A stretch of DNA of 61,397 bases, taken from the IMG/VR virus record IMGVR_UViG_3300017971_000306, positions 1 to 61,397 of that record; one strand, given 5' to 3'. The notes under the pieces are model-generated. The model did no database searches. It worked only from the letters and a program-made list of their open reading frames with translations, and had not been told where the DNA came from. Positions 55,229-61,397 of the stretch are shown here, in pieces; positions within the stretch are counted from its first letter, which is position 1, and each line of letters starts with the position of its first letter. Source of the DNA: a virus. Lineage: Duplodnaviria > Caudoviricetes. A program made the translations under genes and the position numbers.

Positions 55229-55404
55229 AGGACAAGGGAACAACGACAGTCAGAGAATTGAGGAACATCTTGCGAGGCCGGGACCCCAACTCAATGGTGG
55301 AGATAGGGGTGAATGGGAGAGTGTTCAACAACTTCAGGGTCCTGCCTACATATGATGACGGGACCCGCACCATGATCGAGGTGGACACCAATGAGACAAG
55401 CTGA
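55225..55404 (+). CDS. Small hypothetical protein
   Basis: GTG overlapping the upstream stop; TVRELRNIL motif. Confidence 0.55.
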   Translation: MKDKGTTTVRELRNILRGRDPNSMVEIGVNGRVFNNFRVLPTYDDGTRTMIEVDTNETS

Positions 55405-56317
55405 TGCAATATTGAGTGCTGACTGGCACCTCCGGGAGGATCAGCCGGAGGCTTGGCAGGAGGACTATCAAGCCGCTCAGGAGGACACACTGGAGTATGT
55501 TGCCAACCTTCAGCAAAAACATGAGTGTCCGGTGCTGGTAGCCGGGGATGTTTTTGACAGGCACGGGGCTAGCCTGCGGAAGTGGGTCAGCCCGGGCTTC
55601 CTGCGGTGGGTGATGGAGAGGATGCCTGAGAAGGTCATCTGTGTCCCGGGCCAACACGATCTCCCACAGCACAATATCCACCTGTATGACAAGAGTTGTC
55701 TGGCCGCTCTGGAGGAGGCCGGGAGGGTCACGGTGCTCAGTGACGACCACTCCATGAGGATCGGAGCGGTGGATGGGGTCCTGTTTGGCTTCCCCTTTGG
55801 ATCCAAGCTGTGCGGGAATGACAAGGATGAGGGAGGCTTCCCCCGGCTGATAGCCTTGGTACATGCCATGACCTATCGCAGGCGCAGACCCTTCCCGGGG
55901 TGTACAGCCCCCAATGGCAATAAACTGATGGGCATGATGCCCGGATTTGATTTGATACTCTCTGGGGACAACCACCAATCCTTCACAGTGGAGAAGGATG
56001 GGAGGCTGTTGGTCAATCCCGGGAGCCTGATGAGAATGACAGCGGCTCAGATCGAGCACGAGCCCCGGGTGTATCTCTGGTATGCAGAGGACAACACCGT
56101 GGACCCTGTGTTCATCCCTCAGCGGCCCGGGGCAATCTCCCGGGAGCACATTGAGGAGATCGAGGCCCGGGATGAAAGGATTGAGGCCTTTGTGGAAGCC
56201 CTTGAGGATGACATCGAGATCGGCTTGAGCTTTGAACAAAACCTCAAGGAATTCATGAACAGTAACAAAACAAGCAAGGCTGTGCAAGACATAGTCTGGA
56301 AAGCAGTGGAGGTGTAA
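55391..56317 (+). CDS. Mre11/SbcD-like metallophosphoesterase nuclease
   Basis: ADWH, AGDVFD, PGQHD, SGDNH, NPGS. Confidence 0.9.
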   Translation: MRQADAILSADWHLREDQPEAWQEDYQAAQEDTLEYVANLQQKHECPVLVAGDVFDRHGASLRKWVSPGFLRWVMERMPEKVICVPGQHDLPQHNIHLYDKSCLAALEEAGRVTVLSDDHSMRIGAVDGVLFGFPFGSKLCGNDKDEGGFPRLIALVHAMTYRRRRPFPGCTAPNGNKLMGMMPGFDLILSGDNHQSFTVEKDGRLLVNPGSLMRMTAAQIEHEPRVYLWYAEDNTVDPVFIPQRPGAISREHIEEIEARDERIEAFVEALEDDIEIGLSFEQNLKEFMNSNKTSKAVQDIVWKAVEV

Positions 56318-56318
56318 C

Positions 56319-56783
56319 ATGGTACAGGTGAACAACGAGACAGAAGAACAGGGCCGGAAGTGCGATGAGTGTGACAAGCAGGAGGGATGCCCGATCAAGG
56401 GACTGAAGGAGGACCCTGAGAAGATGGAGTTGGAGGGGGTGCTTGGGATCACTGATCTCATCATCCAGCCTCTGGTCATGAAGATGGACAACCTGCGCCT
56501 GCGCCGGGATCTGGAAGCCGGGATACAGACGCTGGCGGCCCTGTTGGTGGCCGCAGGTGGGAACATCCGGGCCAGCAAGGAGGATCTGGCCAAAGCGGTG
56601 GAGTTGTACGATTCACATGCCATCGACAAGACAGAACACGGTGACGGGTCTGTGTCGTGGGTGGTCAACGAGGAGAAGCTGAATGAATATCGAGCAAGCC
56701 AGACAGAAGCTGGAGGAGGCCAAGAAGCTGAAAGCGGAAGCCGAGGGAGCCCTGAAGCAACTGACGAAACAGCTGAAGGATGA
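56319..56783 (+). CDS. Hypothetical protein
   Basis: GGAGGT RBS; CDEC...C. Confidence 0.6.
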   Translation: MVQVNNETEEQGRKCDECDKQEGCPIKGLKEDPEKMELEGVLGITDLIIQPLVMKMDNLRLRRDLEAGIQTLAALLVAAGGNIRASKEDLAKAVELYDSHAIDKTEHGDGSVSWVVNEEKLNEYRASQTEAGGGQEAESGSRGSPEATDETAEG

Positions 56784-56907
56784 GTTTGGGGTCAAGGATC
56801 TCAAGGGTGGCAAGGCCAAGCTGGAGGAGATCCGGGCCGAGATCGAGAGCCTGAACAAGGAGATCGATGAAAAGATGGAGAAGTTGGAGGAGGTGCTGAG
56901 TGACTGA
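56683..56907 (+). CDS. Small coiled-coil protein (candidate Rad50 complex segment)
   Basis: 74 aa of heptads with a central FGV kink. Confidence 0.65.
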   Translation: MNIEQARQKLEEAKKLKAEAEGALKQLTKQLKDEFGVKDLKGGKAKLEEIRAEIESLNKEIDEKMEKLEEVLSD

Positions 56908-57226
56908 GGTCAAGACAGGAACATTGAGCGTGTACAAGTATCCCATGGAGTACACCGAGCGGCAGGTGGTTGAGCTTCCGGAAGGGGCCGAGATCCTGCA
57001 CGTGGGAGATCAGCTGGGGACCGTCTGTGTGTGGGCCAAGATCAATCCGGATCTGCCTGCCAACAAGAAGTACATGGTCACCATCGTGGGGACCGGACAG
57101 CCGTGCCCTGAGGATCTGGATGAGTGTACATTCCTCGGGACCGTGGTACAGCAACAGCTGGCAATGACGGAACAGGGGCCGAGGCCGATGAGCTTTGTCT
57201 GGCACTTCTGGGGGAAGTGGGTATGA
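56900..57226 (+). CDS. Phage hypothetical protein
   Basis: VYKYP...LPEGAEILHVGDQ...VWA...GTG...FLGT...VWH pattern. Confidence 0.75.
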   Translation: MTEVKTGTLSVYKYPMEYTERQVVELPEGAEILHVGDQLGTVCVWAKINPDLPANKKYMVTIVGTGQPCPEDLDECTFLGTVVQQQLAMTEQGPRPMSFVWHFWGKWV

Positions 57227-57834
57227 CCATTGAACAGGTCAGGAGGGAGTTGGAGCGGCGCAAGGGCCAGCGTGATCAGATCCGGGAGCAGATCCGGGAA
57301 GCCGAGGCCGCAGTGTCCCGGCTAGCCCGGGAAGCCAAACAGATCCGGGAAGCGCAGGCCATCATACAGACCGTGGCGCAGGCTACCCAGCAACAACTGG
57401 AGTACCACGTGTCAGAACTGGTCAGCCTTGCTCTCTCTGCCGTGTTCCCAGACCCCTACACACTACACCTTGACTTTGAACTCAAGCGTGGCAAATCGGA
57501 GGCCATCCTGTCCTTCAGCAAGAAGGATGGTGAAAGGATCTCCCCGCTGTCGGCCTCGGGAGGAGGTCCGGTGGATGTTGCGGCCTTTGCCCTCCGGGTG
57601 AGCTTGTGGAGCCTGCGCAAGCCCCGGACCCGGGCCGTGATGATCCTTGATGAGCCTTTCAGGTTTGTCTCCCGGGACCTCCAGCCCCGGGCCTCGGCTA
57701 TGCTCAAGGAGATCTCCGAGCGGCTGGGGATTCAATTCATCATCGTAACACATGAGCCCAACCTGCTGGAAAGCGCAGACCGGGGCTTCATCGTATCACA
57801 AAAAGATCGTGTCAGTCAAGTCACAGCAGAATGA
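57223..57834 (+). CDS. Rad50/SbcC-like ATPase, C-terminal half
   Basis: Coiled coil, ASGGG signature, MILDEPF Walker B, IIVTH H-loop. Confidence 0.88.
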   Translation: MTIEQVRRELERRKGQRDQIREQIREAEAAVSRLAREAKQIREAQAIIQTVAQATQQQLEYHVSELVSLALSAVFPDPYTLHLDFELKRGKSEAILSFSKKDGERISPLSASGGGPVDVAAFALRVSLWSLRKPRTRAVMILDEPFRFVSRDLQPRASAMLKEISERLGIQFIIVTHEPNLLESADRGFIVSQKDRVSQVTAE

Positions 57835-57876
57835 CACGAGAAATCACGACTGGGGCTGAAACAGGAGGATATACAC

Positions 57877-58071
57877 ATGTGGGTAGGTTCACTCATTCTA
57901 GTGGCCATCTGGACAGCCCTCGGGCCATTCCTGTTCATGTACGGGGCCGGGAAACAGAAGGTGCATCAAAGCAACTGGTGGTTTGTCCACGATCTCCTGC
58001 TTGTCATCTTCTGCGGTCCGGTGGTCTGGATCATGGTCGTGGCGCTTTTGATACAATCACTCCGGGAGTGA
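57877..58071 (+). CDS. Small two-TM membrane protein
   Basis: AGGAGG RBS; two hydrophobic helices; converges with the minus-strand arm. Confidence 0.6.
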   Translation: MWVGSLILVAIWTALGPFLFMYGAGKQKVHQSNWWFVHDLLLVIFCGPVVWIMVVALLIQSLRE

Positions 58072-58675
58072 CATCACGGATCACCCCAGCCGCAAGCCTG
58101 TTCTCAAACGTGCGTGGGGTTGGGTTTTTCTTCCGCTTGCCGTCTGGAGGCCGATCAAACACCCCGGGCACAATACCCTCCCAAGGCTCCCAGACAATCC
58201 GGGTGCACCAAGGGCCTTTGATCTTCCAAGGGAGTTGATTCACAAATCGCATCACCCAGAGCCGAGCAACGCCGATGGGATACTTGAGCCCGAGATAGCT
58301 GGTGAGGAACAGATCATTGACGGCCTGCCGCTCCTGTGGGGTGGTGTCCTCCTCCGGGACCCGCCAAACCCGGACCTGACAGGGGTCCTCGGCCTTGTTC
58401 ATCTCGGCCTCATATTTGGGGATGGAGGTCAGGGTGGACCTCGGCTGAATAGCCTCCCCAATACAGAGATCCCCGGGGGCAATGGGCCAGTCCTTGTCCA
58501 GCAGATCCTGCTCAGCCAGAAAGGCCAGAGCCTCACCTGTAGCCCGGACAATCTTGCCGTCATGGTTTGTGTAGGACCCGATTATGCCCCGGATCACCCT
58601 GCTGTACGTGTGATATGCTCGCACAGCCACTATATCCCCGAGCATGAGGGATTGGAGATCAAAGAGCAACATCAC
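58031..58675 (-). CDS. Permuted papain-like (YiiX/YebB-type NlpC/P60) hydrolase
   Basis: GDIVAVR...YTNHDG (His first)...YLGLKY...WCTRIV (Cys last). Confidence 0.7.
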   Translation of the reverse strand: MMLLFDLQSLMLGDIVAVRAYHTYSRVIRGIIGSYTNHDGKIVRATGEALAFLAEQDLLDKDWPIAPGDLCIGEAIQPRSTLTSIPKYEAEMNKAEDPCQVRVWRVPEEDTTPQERQAVNDLFLTSYLGLKYPIGVARLWVMRFVNQLPWKIKGPWCTRIVWEPWEGIVPGVFDRPPDGKRKKNPTPRTFENRLAAGVIRDVTPGVIVSKAPRP

Positions 58676-58944
58676 TCTTTCTCCACTTTGCGGAGGCCTT
58701 CCGGGATGAACTGTTCCAGATACTTGTCCATTTCCTGTCTAGCCAGCCCGACAGCCTGCTTTTCTGTCTCCCTGTTCTTCTCGGCCTGATCGGAGTTGTC
58801 TTCAGCCTTCTGTATGGCCTCCTCGATCTTGGCCACCTCGGGATCATCCTTGTGCTCCCAAGCGGCTACCCTCAGAGCGGCCCTGCGCACCTCCACAAAC
58901 TCCCGCTCCTGAGTGACACGCTTCTTTTTGTCCGGTGTCCTCAT
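58672..58944 (-). CDS. Coiled-coil hypothetical protein
   Basis: Coupled at both ends. Confidence 0.65.
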   Translation of the reverse strand: MRTPDKKKRVTQEREFVEVRRAALRVAAWEHKDDPEVAKIEEAIQKAEDNSDQAEKNRETEKQAVGLARQEMDKYLEQFIPEGLRKVEKE

Positions 58945-59225
58945 TTCAATTTCTCCTTGATGTATTTGATGTCATCGTGCATCATCTCCTGCTTGATGCT
59001 CACACGCCCGATATCAGCCTTCACCTCTCCCATCTCCTCAGCGTGTTGCTTCTGGATTTGAGAGATGGTTGTGGTGTTCTCCTGAATCCGCTGATCATGA
59101 TTCACGAGGGTGCCGGCACTCATCTTCACCGTTGCCAATACACCGCCAGCGGCCAACGCAACCGCCAGTAACCAAAGCACCAATTTGAGTGCTACACCAT
59201 TCCCATTTCTTTCCTTGCCTGCCAT
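58941..59225 (-). CDS. TM + coiled-coil protein (holin- or spanin-like)
   Basis: One TM helix then heptads ending DDIKYIKEKLK. Confidence 0.6.
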   Translation of the reverse strand: MAGKERNGNGVALKLVLWLLAVALAAGGVLATVKMSAGTLVNHDQRIQENTTTISQIQKQHAEEMGEVKADIGRVSIKQEMMHDDIKYIKEKLK

Positions 59226-59240
59226 TTCCCCCTCCCGTGT

Positions 59241-59624
59241 TTATGGCCTTACAACCTCTGGCCGCACAATCAGCGGCTCCTGTGTCACAACTGTAGGATC
59301 TTTTGCGGCCCCTTCCGCCAGAGCGTGGCCGACATAAGTGGCTCCAAAGATCGTGCCCAATCGGGCCGCACCATCAACCAGCGTGGCCAGTGTCGAGGGG
59401 TCCCGGGGATAGATGGAAAGCGGGGTCAGCTGGTTGGACACGGTGAAGTTCAGGTTTGTACCCTTGAATGTGATCTCCGTGGCCCCAGTCACGGACATGG
59501 TATCATACACCCGCTCCTGCTCATAGTAGGCAAGCGCCATCTTTGTCGGGTCCACCTTCCCTCCAATGCTTGCGCATCCGGAGGCAATCAGCCCGAGGAC
59601 CAACGCCAATACTACCTTTTTCAT
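59241..59624 (-). CDS. Lipoprotein
   Basis: MKKVVLALVLGLIASG-C lipobox. Confidence 0.75.
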   Translation of the reverse strand: MKKVVLALVLGLIASGCASIGGKVDPTKMALAYYEQERVYDTMSVTGATEITFKGTNLNFTVSNQLTPLSIYPRDPSTLATLVDGAARLGTIFGATYVGHALAEGAAKDPTVVTQEPLIVRPEVVRP

Positions 59625-59638
59625 GATGTCCTCTCCTT

Positions 59639-60541
59639 TCATTTCAGTGCGCTCAGGATCTCCTTCACGCTATGATTCCGACAGGCTTCATCGTGGGGGC
59701 AACTCCATGGCTGTTGCGTCCCATCCCTGTCAAACAGAAAGCTATTGGGCCTGTGGCACTCCGGGTCCGGACACTCCTTCATCCGGAGGTTGGTGTGTTG
59801 CTTGTAGCCCAGCCGCTCCGGGCTTGTCCCGGCCCAGCACACCACGGCCTTCTTTCCCATTGCCGCCGCCACGTGCTGAAACATACTGTCGATGAGCAAA
59901 AACTTGGCCCCGTGCTCCAACAGAGACATGGACAGCCTCATCGGATAGGACACCTGCTCAGTCCCATCCAGAGGCCTTTGTGTAGCGGCCCGGAGGTGAA
60001 GCACATGATACTTCTTTTTCATCTTGTCCACAACCTCCTGAGTGATGTCGTGCGGGAGGTCCCGGATGAACATCTTGGGTTGGGGCTTGTTGGGCTGTGG
60101 GGGCATGCCTCCCTGATTCTGGATCAGGAACACAGGCTTTTTCTTCTGCTTGATGAATTGCTCGGCATCCTTGCGCTCCCGGGAGGTCAGGTGGATGTCA
60201 GGGACCGGATTGTCAAACGGGACCCCGAGTTGCTCACACCAGACATCCGTGAGGTGCCTGTTATCATTGATGTAATCGTTGTGATGGTAGGGCTCTGTCT
60301 TGAGCACGATAGCCTTGCCCCGGCCAATGTAATCATCGTACATGTACGAGGTGTTGTTGAAGCTGTAGGCCCTATACACGTTGGGGTTGTTCTGAAACAC
60401 GTCCGGATAGCCGCACACGATTATGAGCCGCTTGTCCGGATACTTGGCTTTGATTCCCCGGATGGGCACGGTGGACATGATGTTCTTTCCGATCCCGCCA
60501 TCCACCACAAACAACACATTCTCAGCTTTCTTCTCGTTCAT
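59639..60541 (-). CDS. GT9-like (ADP-heptose transferase family, GT-B) glycosyltransferase
   Basis: VDGGIGKNIMST...IKAKYPD...FQNNPNV; IDSMFQHVAAAMGK...W...TSPERLGY; C-terminal C-x4-C...C-x4-C. Confidence 0.8.
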   Translation of the reverse strand: MNEKKAENVLFVVDGGIGKNIMSTVPIRGIKAKYPDKRLIIVCGYPDVFQNNPNVYRAYSFNNTSYMYDDYIGRGKAIVLKTEPYHHNDYINDNRHLTDVWCEQLGVPFDNPVPDIHLTSRERKDAEQFIKQKKKPVFLIQNQGGMPPQPNKPQPKMFIRDLPHDITQEVVDKMKKKYHVLHLRAATQRPLDGTEQVSYPMRLSMSLLEHGAKFLLIDSMFQHVAAAMGKKAVVCWAGTSPERLGYKQHTNLRMKECPDPECHRPNSFLFDRDGTQQPWSCPHDEACRNHSVKEILSALK

Positions 60542-60601
60542 CTTCTCTCTCCTCTGGTTAGGTGTTAGCCGGGGCCTGATTAGCCCCGGCCCTTTCATTG
60601 T

Positions 60602-61397
60602 TTATGAAGCACTCACGAACAGGCCGTTGCAGAAGCAGAAGTTGCACCCTGAATCGGTGAAACTACATGACCCACTGATGCCCGTTCCGTTGATGTTGAA
60701 GCCCTGCCAGCTGTTCCCGAAACAGAAGCAACCATAGTCTATGCAGATATTGTCGCCGCTACCGTCAAAGCAGAACTTTGAACTTCCATCGGAAAAACTG
60801 CCACCACCGCAAAGGAACATATCCCCTTGATTACACACAGAACAGCCCGCTGGCGATTCTATGTACCCGCTCTGTAAGCACCACGCACTTGCCCCCACGG
60901 GGTTGCCCCCAACATAAAGGTTGCCCACGCACAGGGCCTGCGCTGAGTAATCATAGCAGAAGCAACTATCGCTCGAAAGTATGCACCCGCAGAAGCAACT
61001 GTGCTGGAAACACATGACGCAATTCATATCGGTCACGCAGATGTATCCACTGCCCGTATCGTACCATGGGCTTGCGCCGCCCGCACTCCCCGGGATCCAT
61101 CCCCCGCTTGAGCTACAATACACGAGAGCACATCCATCAGTTTCGCTTTCGTGGCATAGGCTCGTGGTGTGCAAACTCCCGCAATAGATCGGAGCGCACA
61201 TGTATGAGCTGGCGCATACCGCTGGGGCACACACCTCCGATGAGGCCAGTAGGCAGGAAGTGGAACAGATACATCCCTGAGCGCACATGCCATTCCCGGC
61301 CCACACTATGCAACCGCCGTCAACAGGCTCGATACACCCACCCCCGCTACTGTTACACCACACGGTAGCAGGAGGGCTTCCGGCTACCCAATTGCCC
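60602..61397 (-). CDS. Cysteine-rich tail fibre-like protein, partial (open to the right edge)
   Basis: Frame stays open upstream of 61363 (GNWVAGSPPATVWC); 35 Cys in the listed 253 aa; C-terminus GISGSCSF...CNFCFCNGLF resembles common fibre termini. Confidence 0.7.
   Translation of the reverse strand, partial: GNWVAGSPPATVWCNSSGGGCIEPVDGGCIVWAGNGMCAQGCICSTSCLLASSEVCAPAVCASSYMCAPIYCGSLHTTSLCHESETDGCALVYCSSSGGWIPGSAGGASPWYDTGSGYICVTDMNCVMCFQHSCFCGCILSSDSCFCYDYSAQALCVGNLYVGGNPVGASAWCLQSGYIESPAGCSVCNQGDMFLCGGGSFSDGSSKFCFDGSGDNICIDYGCFCFGNSWQGFNINGTGISGSCSFTDSGCNFCFCNGLFVSAS

Larger units (their letters stand above)
1..61397. mobile_element. Tailed dsDNA bacteriophage genome (Caudoviricetes, siphovirus-like), near complete, probably lytic
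   Basis: Terminase-portal-MuF-protease-capsid-connector-tail tube-chaperone-tape measure order on the minus strand; replication module on the plus strand; no host housekeeping genes, integrase or repressor recognised. Confidence 0.96.

Noticed and set aside
55346-56668. Long antisense ORFs (also 7843..8814, 12040..13092, 17525..18484, 26341..27438, 36778..37824, 43828..44898, 59672..60568)
   Set aside because: They shadow well-supported genes on the opposite strand, as expected at high GC, and show no recognisable motifs.
60602-61397. Diversity-generating retroelement target, or Cys richness from genetic-code reassignment
   Set aside because: No reverse transcriptase or template/variable repeat pair seen; other genes have normal Cys content and use standard stops.
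1-61397. tRNA genes, integrase/att sites, IS elements, DNA methyltransferase
   Set aside because: None recognised by eye; tRNAscan-SE and HMM searches would be needed to exclude them.

Overview
The window looks like a near-complete genome of a tailed dsDNA phage (long-tailed, siphovirus-like gene order), opened inside the tail-tip/fibre region. The minus-strand arm (about 21.9 kb down to 1, continuing at 61.4-58.0 kb) carries the virion genes: terminases, portal, a very long MuF protein, protease/scaffold, capsid, connectors, tail tube, frameshifted tail chaperone, tape measure, tail tip and probable lysis genes. The plus-strand arm (about 22.8-58.1 kb) carries small early genes and a self-contained replication/recombination set: sigma-like factor, SNF2 ATPase, primase, DnaB, clamp and loader, a split UDG-exonuclease/PolA polymerase, SSB, RecA, 5' nuclease, RuvC and a split Rad50 with Mre11. 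I recognised no integrase, repressor, tRNA or CRISPR array. The strongest candidate for a new system is a cluster at 36.0-42.7 kb: DUF362, two paralogous SPL-like radical SAM enzymes, a clamp-like protein and a DUF2156/Fem-like putative aminoacyl-tRNA transferase, which I propose is a post-replicative DNA hypermodification pathway. Other highlights are putative virion-decorating enzymes (sulfotransferase and Maf-like transferase in the head module; a GT9 transferase beside a 14%-cysteine fibre protein), a MuF protein with MBD-like, kinase and ART-like domains, and a triple dyad array with 9-bp periodicity between terS and terL. All family calls come from reading motifs by eye; no searches or counts were run.
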